DNA of 64,000 nucleotides from a virus, in the IMG/VR virus record IMGVR_UViG_3300032954_000005, positions 13,249 through 77,248 of that record; one strand, given 5' to 3'. The translations under genes were made by a program, and so were the position numbers. The first letter of the stretch is position 1, and every line of letters begins with the position of its first letter. The notes under the pieces are model-generated. The model saw only the letters and a list, made by a program, of their open reading frames with translations, did not search any database and was not told the DNA's origin. Below, piece after piece: positions 1 through 9,747 of the stretch.

Positions 1-2168
1 ATGGGCACCGCCGTTCCATAGGAGACATTGAACCATGTCGTGCCGCCACTCTTCGCCGTCCACGCGGAGGCGTTCGTGCCGTCCTTGAAGGTCGAGCCCG
101 CAACCACGGCGTTCGACGGAAACATGGCCGTGGTCAAAGCTAGAGCGTTTTGCGTCAGGCCATCAATCAAGATCGTCGAGCCAGAACCTGCATAGACCGG
201 GCCGACGTAGTTAGTGGTCGTGCCACCCGTAATTGAAACCGTTCCACCCTTGATGTTAAGAACGCTGCCAGTCGTGCCGGACAGGTTATAGCCGTAGACC
301 ATCTGCGTCGTGCTCAGATCATCATGGATGTCATTGTTCTCCATGTACTGAGTCAGCGCGTTGCTGGGGTTGTATTCGTAGATACCCGCACGGTACGCCG
401 AGGTCACGGTTGCAGACTTGGCGGAGCCGCAATTAAACAAATGGTTGTTCTTGATGACTGCGTTTGGGGTCGTTGCGGCGTTCCAGAAACATGCGCCCGT
501 TGGGTTTATCGCCGTATTGCCATCGAACACGAAGTGAGTAACGGTAGTGCCGTTCACATCCATCAGTCCGAACGCCTGGCCTCCAGTAACATAGGTGGTC
601 TCGCTTCCCGACTGCGCATCGTAGCCGTCGTACTCCACGAGGTTGCCTGTCCACGACATGCTCTCGATGGGCAGGTTCGTAGAGCCGTCCGTATAGATGC
701 CGCGTGGGTAGCCAGTCAGCGCTCCGCCGTTGCTTGGCTTAGTTGTCCACGAGGCGTTGGCGATCTTGATGTTGTTATTCGCTGCTATGACGTTGTGCAG
801 TCCGTATCCAGAATTATGAGAGCTGTACGTTTCAGAAATGAGACGGATGCCGTTGTAGAGGTCTTTGCCGACATTGTTCGAGACGTTGATGAGCACACTG
901 TCGGTAATAGCTACGCCCGTCACGTTCATAAACTGATAGAAGCCCACTGCGTGGTTTCCCTGAATGACTGTGTTGCCACTGTGAGTCTCAATCGCCGCCA
1001 CACATCCGGCCTTGTTTATCGCGCAGAGAAAGTGATTGTTCGTAATAGAAACATCGTCATTCGTGGTGTAGACGATGGAAGAGTCGAACCAATACGTGCT
1101 CCCCGAAGTGTTGACCGAGAAAATGTTGTTATCTATGACGGTGTGATCGGTGTGGAGCGAGAAGGCATTGGCTGTAGCTAGGTCTATCAACTGCGAGTTC
1201 AGCACGCGGTTGTTGCTTCCCGAGGAGGCATAGAAAATCGTGCGCCGATAAGTCCCGGTGTTCGATGTAGTAGGGTTCCCGGTTGTGTTCGCATTCACGA
1301 TCAGGTTACTGAACGTGACGTTGGAATACGCTCCGCCGTTGGTGCCAAAGATGGATTGATAATCGCCTGTAGAGTCGGCAACCTTAACCCCACCTATACC
1401 TTGCCCCTCGAATGTCACACTTCCTCCCGACATAGCAATTAGATGGTCAGAAAGGTTTGAGGCTTGGGTGATGGTCACAACACATGGGAATAAGACTGTA
1501 CCGGACGCGGCAATTGCGGCACTCGTGGCGGATTGCACCGCTGCCGTGCTATCCCCACTGCCGCATGTTGCGCCATAGCCAACGACATTGAAAGTGCTTC
1601 CGGCTCCTCCTGCTGTGGCCTGACCCCACGTACCTGTTCCTGCCGTGATGTTCTGGCACGTCCACAACTGCCCTGTGGAGTTGACGAGGTTCCCCGGCGC
1701 TCCCTGTGGGCAACTCCCCGAGGGCGCGGCCGCCACAGTAATCACCGCGCTAGGCGGAAAATTCGGGTTCGGGCCGGGAAGCGCCTTCGCCGCGGCGCTC
1801 AGCACGGCGGAAAGGTCCTGCGTCGCGCCGTTTATCGTCGCGACGACCGACGCGCAGTACTGCCCGGTGCTGTCGCAGAAAGCGATGGTCCACGTGGTGT
1901 TCGCGGGCGTGATCCCCGCCGCCGACCAAAGGCGCTGCGTAAAGCTCCCGCCGCCGCTCAGGATGCCGCTGTAGTACTGCGGGGTCACCGCGCCGTCGCC
2001 CACGAACGTCGCGCGATCGACGCCCGTGTTGAGCGTGGCGGTCCACGTCCCGCCCGCGTACGCCTTCCCGTTCGGGTCGACGATCGTCGCACTGACCGTG
2101 GTGTACTGCTGCGCCCGCGCGGCCAAGGAAAGTAAAAACAGCGCGAGGAGCAAAAGCCTAGATCGCAC
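1..2168 (-). CDS. Signal-peptide-bearing pectin-lyase-like (beta-helix) tailspike/depolymerase, 3' end outside the window
   Basis: Not in the ORF track because no stop is in the window; translated by hand. GTG at 2168 after GAGGAGG RBS. Starts MRSRLLLLALFLLSLAARAQQY; FNVVGYGATCGSGDSTAAVQSA resembles a pectate_lyase_3 N-terminal motif; Asn/Gly/Ile-rich beta-helix-like repeats follow. Confidence 0.8.
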   Translation of the reverse strand, partial: MRSRLLLLALFLLSLAARAQQYTTVSATIVDPNGKAYAGGTWTATLNTGVDRATFVGDGAVTPQYYSGILSGGGSFTQRLWSAAGITPANTTWTIAFCDSTGQYCASVVATINGATQDLSAVLSAAAKALPGPNPNFPPSAVITVAAAPSGSCPQGAPGNLVNSTGQLWTCQNITAGTGTWGQATAGGAGSTFNVVGYGATCGSGDSTAAVQSATSAAIAASGTVLFPCVVTITQASNLSDHLIAMSGGSVTFEGQGIGGVKVADSTGDYQSIFGTNGGAYSNVTFSNLIVNANTTGNPTTSNTGTYRRTIFYASSGSNNRVLNSQLIDLATANAFSLHTDHTVIDNNIFSVNTSGSTYWFDSSIVYTTNDDVSITNNHFLCAINKAGCVAAIETHSGNTVIQGNHAVGFYQFMNVTGVAITDSVLINVSNNVGKDLYNGIRLISETYSSHNSGYGLHNVIAANNNIKIANASWTTKPSNGGALTGYPRGIYTDGSTNLPIESMSWTGNLVEYDGYDAQSGSETTYVTGGQAFGLMDVNGTTVTHFVFDGNTAINPTGACFWNAATTPNAVIKNNHLFNCGSAKSATVTSAYRAGIYEYNPSNALTQYMENNDIHDDLSTTQMVYGYNLSGTTGSVLNIKGGTVSITGGTTTNYVGPVYAGSGSTILIDGLTQNALALTTAMFPSNAVVAGSTFKDGTNASAWTAKSGGTTWFNVSYGTAVP

Positions 2169-2460
2169 GCCTTACCGCCTCCTCGTTGGCGCCCAGCCTC
2201 TCCATGAACCTCGCAAACTCAGTTTGGGCGCGGGCGCTCCTCGACCTGCGCTTTACGTTCGATGTCTTCGCCCCCTCCGCGTCGAGCGTCTTCGCGTTCG
2301 CGGGCGGAACGACGGGGGCGACGATCTCCAACCGAAGCGCGATCACCCCGTCGCTGGGGGTCACCTCCCGCTGCAGGCGCTTGAAGCGCGCGGAGTCGAC
2401 GCCGAACGCCCGCACCATCTCATCGAGGTAGGCCAGGAGAAGCTTTTCGTCCTTCGTCAT
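2158..2460 (-). CDS. Hypothetical protein (100 aa, MTKDEKLLLAY...)
   Basis: ATG overlaps the terminase stop (ATGA); C-terminal part of the 2158..2961 ORF. Confidence 0.6.
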   Translation of the reverse strand: MTKDEKLLLAYLDEMVRAFGVDSARFKRLQREVTPSDGVIALRLEIVAPVVPPANAKTLDAEGAKTSNVKRRSRSARAQTEFARFMERLGANEEAVRRAI

Positions 2461-3842
2461 GCCTGCTGTAGCCTCCACGGCGCCAGCTTCGTGTGTACGC
2501 CGTACCGAAGGCAATCCTCCGGGTCGTCGTCCTTCTTCAGCGGCTGCTCCACCCCGCGCGCCGCGGCCTTTTCGTCCCACTGGTAGTTCGGCAGGTGCGC
2601 GACCAGGACGGGACAGTTGTCCTTGTGAATCCTGATCAGGCGCCGCGTGAGCGCTGACGACACGGTGCGGATTCCGTCCATCACGTCGTTGTTCGCAATA
2701 CAGTACCAGATTCCACGCTGAACGAGCTCCGCCTCGAACGACGCGCACTCCGGGGGAAGAATCACCTGCGCGTCGGGCGCGACGTTCTTGTTGCCCGGCT
2801 CCCAGCGGCCCGTCGCGTGGTTGAAGCGCGCGTGAAGAAACTCCTCCAGGTCGTCGGCGTACTGGGCATCGGTTTTTTGGCGCACGGTCTGCTGCGTGTG
2901 CGAGTCGCGCGGAACCCAGCGCGCGTCGTCGTGGTCGAAGGTCGACGCGTGCGAGTCCCACACGTACTCACGCTCCACCCAAAGCGTCTTCCCGTCGTCG
3001 AAGATGTCGAAGTACACCTGCGGGTGGTCGGTCCCGTAGTCCACGGGCACGTACCGTTCAGCGTAGCCCCCCGCGACGAGGAGCCCCTTCGGGCGCGTCG
3101 CGTCGTCGTACAGCAAATCGTCCGACCACGAGTCGCGATAGATCGCACCCGACGCCACGACCCACCGGCCGAGGACGAAGCGCTCACGAAACACGCCCGC
3201 GTACAGCGAGTTGAGGTACGCCTTGTACGCCTCCGACACGTGCGGGTTGTCGGCGAGCGTAAAGTGCATGCTGAACAGCGTCCCAGCGTCGATCAGCTTA
3301 CGGTTGTCGAGAAGCTCCTTCTTCACGTAGTGCTGCGGATTGTCGGGGTTCGTCGTGAAGTAGGCGCGCGCGTTGTCGGGCGACATGCGGTTGAGGAGCA
3401 TCATCACGAACGACTTCGGCATCAACGTCAGCTCGTCGCCGATCACGCGCCCCACGGTCGCGCCGCGCACGTACTTCTCCGACCCCTCGTCCTTCGCGCC
3501 CATCACGAGCCACCGCGAGCCGAACAGCGTAAGCTCTCCCGACTGTCGGTTATAGGTGTAGTTCTCCGGCCCGATCAGCGTGAACAGGTCGTTCAGCACG
3601 TTCGTGTAGATCGTCTGCTTCGACACGCCGGTGAAGAGGCCGACGCCCCCCACGTCGTAGCGCGTGAGCGCCAATGCCTTCGGGTGAAGCGCCCAGGTCT
3701 TCGCCGAGCGCACCGCGCCGTGAAGGACGTTGATGCGCGCGTCGTACTCAGGCGGGCGCAGCGCGAAGCGCGCCACGCGCGGCGTGAACGGCTTCAGCGC
3801 AGACATAAGAAGCAGCGCGTAAAGAAAAGGTAAGGCGCGCAC
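2457..3842 (-). CDS. terL: Terminase large subunit
   Basis: Walker A-like HGAVRSAKT, Walker B IGDE, TTNP coupling motif, nuclease DYG and DDDPED-LRY motifs. True start may be the downstream MSALKPF. Confidence 0.92.
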   Translation of the reverse strand: MRALPFLYALLLMSALKPFTPRVARFALRPPEYDARINVLHGAVRSAKTWALHPKALALTRYDVGGVGLFTGVSKQTIYTNVLNDLFTLIGPENYTYNRQSGELTLFGSRWLVMGAKDEGSEKYVRGATVGRVIGDELTLMPKSFVMMLLNRMSPDNARAYFTTNPDNPQHYVKKELLDNRKLIDAGTLFSMHFTLADNPHVSEAYKAYLNSLYAGVFRERFVLGRWVVASGAIYRDSWSDDLLYDDATRPKGLLVAGGYAERYVPVDYGTDHPQVYFDIFDDGKTLWVEREYVWDSHASTFDHDDARWVPRDSHTQQTVRQKTDAQYADDLEEFLHARFNHATGRWEPGNKNVAPDAQVILPPECASFEAELVQRGIWYCIANNDVMDGIRTVSSALTRRLIRIHKDNCPVLVAHLPNYQWDEKAAARGVEQPLKKDDDPEDCLRYGVHTKLAPWRLQQA

Positions 3843-3863
3843 ATTTAGCCTTCGAGCGTGATC

Positions 3864-4133
3864 CTACCTAGCCGACCAGCTCCTCGAGCTCCCGCCAAAA
3901 GCTTCTGCGCAACCACGAGGTTCGACTGCGCGGAGGAGTGAAAGGCGACGATCCCCACCGGCTGCGTAGCTTCCTTCGGCTCCCCCGACGAGCCCCTGCC
4001 CGCGGCAGCGGTCGAGCAGGCTTCGAAGGCGCACTGAGACGTTCGCCGAAAGTTCGTCGAGCTCGCGCGCCACGCCATGAAGCGACGCGTCGTTAGGTAT
4101 CTTGGTGGGGATTGAATCGTTTAGAACGAGCAT
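3864..4133 (-). CDS. Hypothetical protein, possibly frameshifted
   Basis: AAGGAG RBS before ATG 4133; the C-terminus reads more naturally in alternative frames. Confidence 0.4.
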   Translation of the reverse strand: MLVLNDSIPTKIPNDASLHGVARELDELSANVSVRLRSLLDRCRGQGLVGGAEGSYAAGGDRRLSLLRAVEPRGCAEAFGGSSRSWSAR

Positions 4134-4155
4134 ATTGATTCTCCTTCTTTGTTTG

Positions 4156-4485
4156 TCATTGAACCTTCGGTCCTTCCCCCGTGGAAGACGGCACATCATC
4201 GGTGGCGGGGACCGCGATCTCGCCGAACTGCCGCTCGTACTCACGCAGCTGATTCACGAGCGCCGCGCAGAACGCCTTCGCGTGCGCGGGGGTCATCACG
4301 ACGTTCGCGCGCAGCGCGTGGCGCATCGCGGGCTTCGGGAACCTGACGGTCACGACCTCGCTGAGCAAAAACCGAAAGTCCCAGGCCGTGGTCTGCACCT
4401 GCGCGAAGTTACAGTACGCCGCCGCGGCGATCGCATCCCCCTCGAGGGGTGTCATTACGAACAGGTCGTCAGGCTTCGTCGTCAC
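4156..4485 (-). CDS. DUF3467-like protein
   Basis: YCNFAQV...DFRF...VVMTPAHAKAF..AL...LREYERQFGEI matches the DUF3467 pattern as I recall it. Confidence 0.75.
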   Translation of the reverse strand: MTTKPDDLFVMTPLEGDAIAAAAYCNFAQVQTTAWDFRFLLSEVVTVRFPKPAMRHALRANVVMTPAHAKAFCAALVNQLREYERQFGEIAVPATDDVPSSTGEGPKVQ

Positions 4486-5014
4486 CAGGTTTCTCCTTCG
4501 TCAGTATAGCGTACTGCTTCCTAAACTCCGCGAGGAGGTCGTCCAAGGCGCCGCGGTCCTTAAGCTCGCCCTCGAACAGCTTGAGGTACTTCCCGAGCAT
4601 CTCGAGCGCGGGCACGCGGTTCGCCAGCTTATACTTAACGATCGCCCCGTCCGAGGACACGTCGATCGCGGCGAGGGCATAGGCCGTCGTCTGGTCGAGC
4701 TCGTTGACGCGCTTGAGGGAACCGTCGAAGGCGTACACGTTGCGTGGGTCGTAGAACGCGATCCTCGCGAGGTGCCGCAGCACGTTCTCCGGCGTAACGT
4801 CGAGCGCGACGGGCTCCGCCACGCGCTCACGGCGTTCGCAGAGGGCGCGGCGCGCCTCCTTATCCTCGTCCCATCGGGTCGCGGCATGCGTTTCCGGGGG
4901 AGGATCTGGCCCGGCGCCGCGACGCCACAAAGATGGTGCAGCACCACGCCCTCTGCGCGCGTCGCCAGCGGTCGTAGGCGGAGCGTCCTTATTCTTTTCA
5001 CGTTTACGGGCCAC
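4469..5014 (-). CDS. terS: Terminase small subunit
   Basis: VTPENVLRHLARIAFYDPR...YKLANRVPALEMLGKYLKLF is typical of Terminase_2-type TerS; upstream of terL. Confidence 0.8.
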   Translation of the reverse strand: MARKREKNKDAPPTTAGDARRGRGAAPSLWRRGAGPDPPPETHAATRWDEDKEARRALCERRERVAEPVALDVTPENVLRHLARIAFYDPRNVYAFDGSLKRVNELDQTTAYALAAIDVSSDGAIVKYKLANRVPALEMLGKYLKLFEGELKDRGALDDLLAEFRKQYAILTKEKPGDDEA

Positions 5015-5021
5015 ACCGTCT

Positions 5022-5297
5022 CTAGCGCGTCCTCATCTGCCACACGATGACCCCGGCCGAGGGGCGTTGGTGCCACGCGCTGCGAAATTCGCCGTTGTGC
5101 CAAGCGAGCTCGTCGAGGGGCTTAGGAGGAGGAAGAAGCTGGAGGGCGACGATCGTCGAGTCGTCGTCGGTAGCGGTAAAAATGCGGTACCGGCCCTGAC
5201 GCGCGCGAACCGCGGCGTCGGCGCGCGTAACGTAAAAGAGCGCGGGATCAACCCGCGGGTTCACGTCGCTCGCGAAGACAGCGATGGTCTTGGCCAT
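5022..5297 (-). CDS. Hypothetical protein, first gene of the leftward operon
   Basis: 91-aa ORF just downstream of the leftward promoter. Confidence 0.5.
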   Translation of the reverse strand: MAKTIAVFASDVNPRVDPALFYVTRADAAVRARQGRYRIFTATDDDSTIVALQLLPPPKPLDELAWHNGEFRSAWHQRPSAGVIVWQMRTR

Positions 5298-5382
5298 TTT
5301 TTAGCAGGACCGCCGTCGGTCGGGCGGGGCGACGAAGCAGCAACGCGCTGCGCTCATTTTAGCTTTGGAACGGCGAAGGTCA

Positions 5383-5411
5383 AATGTAGCACAGGGGTGG
5401 AAAATTGTAAA
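5383..5411 (-). promoter_or_regulatory. Sigma70-type promoter for the terminase operon
   Basis: Minus strand reads TTTACA-17 nt-TACATT with an extended -10 TG. Confidence 0.65.
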
Positions 5412-5445
5412 CAACAAAATGCGAAGCGCGCGGCGCGGGGCTCTT

Positions 5446-5980
5446 GTTATCACGTTATCACGTTATCAATAAAAATATAGGTTAAGGTAGGATATAGGGG
5501 TAGATTAACAGTTAATGTTTGTGTTAACTGTTTGGAGCGTAATAATATACCGGTAGGTAGGCTACAGGCCTTAAAAAGTTGATAACGTGATAACGTGATA
5601 AAAATCACTATTTTGTGACTCATCGTAGGCCATATGTGATAACGTGATAATGACAAAAGCCGCGCCCCTGCGGGCTGCGCGCTCAGAATTTATCACGTTA
5701 TCACTTAAAACTGAGTTTTAAGGCGCCTGGGCTCCCCTAAAAACGATCGTGATAATAAGTGCACAAACGCGCACGATTCTTTACGTCGCGGGCCGGGACT
5801 TTTCGTTTTTCGGCCAATTTTTAGGCCCCCAAAATTGAAATTTTCGTTATCACGTTATCACCTTAGTGTTAAGCTCCGACCAGGCCTAGCCTTTTCGCCC
5901 GTTCTATTGATAAAATGTGATAAAACTATTTTCGCGAACCGGCCCCGTCGATTTATAAATTAAGGTGATAACGTGATAAA
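5446..5980. repeat. Array of about 17 GTGATAAC-type 8-mers, tandem and inverted; putative replication origin
   Basis: Inverted pairs 5447-5469/5579-5601, 5636-5650/5690-5704, 5847-5865/5961-5979. AT-rich, non-coding, between divergent operons and near the primase gene. Confidence 0.85.
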
Positions 5981-5990
5981 AACTTTGTGG

Positions 5991-6020
5991 TTTACAACGA
6001 GTCCGCCGCAGGTTTATTAT
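5991..6020 (+). promoter_or_regulatory. Putative sigma70 promoter for the replication operon
   Basis: TTTACA-18 nt-TATTAT. Confidence 0.5.
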
Positions 6021-6306
6021 TTAATTTCTTTAATAAAGTCCTCTCGCGAAAGGAAAAACGCGTGGCCGTTAACGTTCGCTCGCTTCTTGCGTCGCTCGAT
6101 CGCCGCCCCGCCTCTGAGCTTTTTCCACCCGTGACGTTCGGCGTCCAAAGGTACGGGCGCCCGCACCAGGCGCTCGGCTACAAGACGGGCGAGGCGCTCG
6201 CGCGCCACGTTCGCGCCGCTCACCCCGACCTCGCGGCGCCTGACCCGGCGTGCGCAGCCTGCCGCGAGATCCAACAACGCTCCGACGCTCTAAAAAAGGA
6301 TAAAAG

Positions 6307-6672
6307 ATGCCCGTCGTCAACTGGATCAACCTCCCCCTGAACGTCGAGCTGTCGTCGGCGCTCGACGAGCTGGTGTATGAGTACAATAAGATCTACCTCG
6401 AGCGCGCCCGTCGCGCGATCGCTGCTAACACCCCCGCCGAGCTTGAGGAGGCGAAGCTGCGCCTTCGCCGCCCGACGCGCCTCTCGGTCGCGCTTGGGCT
6501 CCTCGCCCACGCCCTTCGGCGCGATGGGCTCACACCCGCGCGGATGGCTGAGCTCCTGGCCGACGCCCCGCCCCCCGCGCGCCCTGACCTTAAGCGACGA
6601 GCGGAGTTTCACGCTACGACCGCCGTCATGTGTAAACCCCGCCGCGCGCGCCGTCCACGCGCCGCCGCGTAG
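6307..6672 (+). CDS. Hypothetical, possibly DNA-binding protein
   Basis: AAGGA RBS; 121-aa basic helical ORF directly before the primase gene. Confidence 0.6.
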   Translation: MPVVNWINLPLNVELSSALDELVYEYNKIYLERARRAIAANTPAELEEAKLRLRRPTRLSVALGLLAHALRRDGLTPARMAELLADAPPPARPDLKRRAEFHATTAVMCKPRRARRPRAAA

Positions 6673-6678
6673 GCGCCC

Positions 6679-8784
6679 GTGGCCAGGCGGTCCCCAGCAC
6701 CGAACGCTGCTCCCGACGTGCACGCGCTCGCGCGGAAAAAGCTCGCCGCCTCGGGGCTTGACGCGCGCGACGCGCGCCTCCTCAGGGTCGAGGCGTGCTC
6801 CGCTGATGTGCTCGACAGGCGCCTGAACGCCGCGCACGGGCGCGCCGGGCTCTGGCTTCCTTACTTCGAGCTCGACGGGAAGGTGAACTGCTTCGGGCGC
6901 GCGCGCTTTCTCGAGCCCCCGCCTGGGTTCGCGGGGCTCGTCGAGAAGCCCCAGAAGTACGCGCAGCGCGCGGGAACGACCAACCACTTCTACCTTCCGC
7001 CCTTCGCCGACTGGCGAAAGATCGCGAAGGACGTCGAGACCCCCGTCATCTTTACCGAGGGGGAGCTAAAGGCCGCCGCCGCGTCGAAGGCGCAGCTCCC
7101 GGCGATCGGGCTCGGGGGCGTGTACAGCTTTTTGTCGAAGGGCAGGCTTCTCGACGACTTCAAGTGGTTCGAGTGGCGGGGGCGCGCCGCCTACGTCGTG
7201 TTCGACTCCGACGCTGCGCTGAAACCCCAGGTGCTCCAGGCGGAGAACGCCCTCGCCGAGAAGCTTCTCGAGCTCGAGGCGCGCCCCTACGTCCTGCGCC
7301 TGCCGGGCGACCCTGACAACGAACAGGAAAAGGTCGGGCTCGACGACTACCTCGTCGTTCACGGGGCGGACCGTTTCTTCAAGCTCCTGACAGAGTCGTC
7401 GATCCTCTACGAGGGGGCGCGTGAGCTTTTTCAGCTGAACGCCGAGGTGCTGGTGATTCGCAACCCGGCCTGCGTCCTCGAGCTCGTGACCGACCACCGG
7501 CTCTCGGTGTACGAGTTTACGCGCCTGAACTACGCCAACCGGCGGTACCTGAAGCCCACGGGAAACGCGAAGAAGGGTGCGGCCCAGTACCAGGAGGTGT
7601 CCGCCCCCGACGCGTGGCTCCAGTGGCCGGGGCGCAGCGAGGTGCGAAACTGCGTGTACAAGCCCGGGGAGCAGCGCATCATCGGGCGATCGTTAAACCT
7701 GTGGCGCGGGTACGGGGTTGAGCCAAAGAAGGGAGATGTCGGGCCCTGGCGCGAGCTCCTCGACGTCCTGTTTTGCCCGGACGAGGCGGCGTCGCGCGAG
7801 TACTTCGAGCGGTGGCTCGCGTATCCGCTCCAGCACCCGGGGACGAAGCTGACGGTCGCCGTCATGGTCTGGGGCGCCGACACCGGGACGGGGAAGTCGA
7901 TGGTCGGCGAGACGATGAAGCGGATCTACGGTGCGAACTACGCGATGATCGGCTCCCAGCAGCTTCACTCCTCGTTCAACGAGTGGGCGGAGGCGAAGCA
8001 GTTCATCATGGTCGAGGAGCTCGAATCGTCGGAGAACAAGCGCTCGGTCGCCGACCGGTTTAAGACCATGATCACGCAGCGCGAGGTGCGGATCGAGCGC
8101 AAGTATATCTCGTCGTACGTCCTGCCCGACTACACCAACTACTACTTTACGTCGAACCACGCCGACAGCCTGTTCATCGAGGATAAGGACCGTCGTTACT
8201 TTATCCACGAGGCCTCGCAGCCGCCCGCCCCCGCGAAGTTTTATGACGCGTACGTGCGCTGGCTCGACGAGGAGGGCGCTGCCGCGCTCTTCGACTACCT
8301 TCTTCGGCTCGACCTGAAGGGGTTTAACCCGTTTGGGCACGCCCCCGAGACGCGCGCGAAGCTTGACATGCGCGACATCGGGCGCTCGGACCTCGCCGCC
8401 TGGGTCGCGACGCTGCGTGAGGCCCCGGAGACGGTGCTCACCGCGGCGGGTAAGCCCGCCGACTTTGACCTCTGGACGATCGAGGAGCTCCTGCAGGCGT
8501 ACGACCCGCTTGGCGCGTCGCGCGTGACCGTGAACGGGCTCGCCCGCGCGCTGCGCAAGGGCGGCTTTCGCAAGGTGTACGGCGGGAACATCCTGCCCGG
8601 CCTCGGGCGCCGGGTCTGGGCCATCCGCCACGAGGAGAAGTATGCGGCTCACGCCGGGTACCAGGAGCTGTACCGGGCGTACTGCGCGCCGCGCGGGATC
8701 CAGCCCGTGAACTTCAACACCGCGCGCGCGGCGCTGGCCGAGCAGCGGCGGCGTAAGCATGAGAGCGCGAGGGGAGAAAAGTGA
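6679..8784 (+). CDS. Primase-helicase (DUF3854-like Toprim domain plus D5/DUF5906-like P-loop)
   Basis: TEGELKA, GLGGV, FDSD and KVGLDDYL Toprim motifs; GADTGTGKS Walker A; FTSNH and DRRYF helicase motifs. Confidence 0.9.
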   Translation: MARRSPAPNAAPDVHALARKKLAASGLDARDARLLRVEACSADVLDRRLNAAHGRAGLWLPYFELDGKVNCFGRARFLEPPPGFAGLVEKPQKYAQRAGTTNHFYLPPFADWRKIAKDVETPVIFTEGELKAAAASKAQLPAIGLGGVYSFLSKGRLLDDFKWFEWRGRAAYVVFDSDAALKPQVLQAENALAEKLLELEARPYVLRLPGDPDNEQEKVGLDDYLVVHGADRFFKLLTESSILYEGARELFQLNAEVLVIRNPACVLELVTDHRLSVYEFTRLNYANRRYLKPTGNAKKGAAQYQEVSAPDAWLQWPGRSEVRNCVYKPGEQRIIGRSLNLWRGYGVEPKKGDVGPWRELLDVLFCPDEAASREYFERWLAYPLQHPGTKLTVAVMVWGADTGTGKSMVGETMKRIYGANYAMIGSQQLHSSFNEWAEAKQFIMVEELESSENKRSVADRFKTMITQREVRIERKYISSYVLPDYTNYYFTSNHADSLFIEDKDRRYFIHEASQPPAPAKFYDAYVRWLDEEGAAALFDYLLRLDLKGFNPFGHAPETRAKLDMRDIGRSDLAAWVATLREAPETVLTAAGKPADFDLWTIEELLQAYDPLGASRVTVNGLARALRKGGFRKVYGGNILPGLGRRVWAIRHEEKYAAHAGYQELYRAYCAPRGIQPVNFNTARAALAEQRRRKHESARGEK

Positions 8785-9201
8785 TGGACGATATCAGGGT
8801 AAACGTGGAAACGCGCGTAAGCCCTCTACCGGGGTGGGTGAATAAGCGGGTGCGGGTCGAGGGGCACTGGTTGGGTGACTTTGAGGGAACGCTCGCCGAG
8901 GCGGGGCGCGCGCTCGCGATCGTTCGCAACGGCGAGGGCGTGGCGCGTGAGGTGTGCTACCTTCGCGGGGTCACGTTCACCTTTCTCGAAAGGAGCATGC
9001 TATGATCAACGCCCTGGGCTACGTCATCAAGTGTCAGAACCGGATCGAGCTCGGGAACGGCGCGACGACGACCTGCACCCTCGACGAGGGGCACGCCGGC
9101 GCGTGCGCGCCCCCGCGCCCGCCCTGCGACCTCTGCCTCAGGCTCGTCGAGTACTGGCGGGAGCACGACGCGCGTGAGAAGAAGAAAATGGAGGCGCAAC
9201 C

Positions 9202-9747
9202 GTGAGGCCGCTTTTCGTATTGTTGCTGCTGGTGGGCTGCGCGACGGCCCAGGACGACGCTCCGCCGATGACCCGCCTAACGCTCTTTCCCAACGTTTTA
9301 CGTTCCCAGGGCACGAAGGAGCTGTACGTCAACGACGTTGACTGCTCAAAGGATTGGGCGTACTGCGAGGAGCAGCTAAAGAGCCTCATGGCTGCGCCTA
9401 CGCCCGCGGCGTCGCAGTGTTCCGCCGATATGCCTCATTGCGTGATTGGCGACCCGGCACCGTGGCTCTATGTGCCGCAGCAGTGGGATACCCCGTTCAC
9501 TTGTACCTATGTGCTCCAAACCCATACGTTTCAAGCCGACCTGAAGGCTCCCGCGCCTGAGCCGTTCGACGTGCCGGCGGTTGGACATCCTGACCCATGT
9601 GGGCCTAACCCCGCTCACAGGAACACAACTGCGGACTTTTGTAATTCAAGAACGCCGCTGTGGACTTGTGCCGACCCGCTCCGCATCCTGTTAACGAGCG
9701 AAGATGGCAAGCATCACTGCTATGCCTTTTGGATGGTGAAACCATGA
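9202..9747 (+). CDS. Cys-rich exported protein or lipoprotein
   Basis: MRPLFVLLLLVGC lipobox-like N-terminus; many cysteines. Confidence 0.6.
   Translation: MRPLFVLLLLVGCATAQDDAPPMTRLTLFPNVLRSQGTKELYVNDVDCSKDWAYCEEQLKSLMAAPTPAASQCSADMPHCVIGDPAPWLYVPQQWDTPFTCTYVLQTHTFQADLKAPAPEPFDVPAVGHPDPCGPNPAHRNTTADFCNSRTPLWTCADPLRILLTSEDGKHHCYAFWMVKP

Noticed and set aside
324-2135. Plus-strand ORFs 324..1181 and 1533..2135 and similar long antisense ORFs throughout
   Set aside because: Shadow frames of high-GC genes on the opposite strand, with no RBS or motifs.
5446-5980. CRISPR array, DnaA boxes or Fur boxes
   Set aside because: The unit is an 8-mer in tandem and in both orientations without regular spacers. 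It does not match TTATCCACA or the hexameric Fur repeat.
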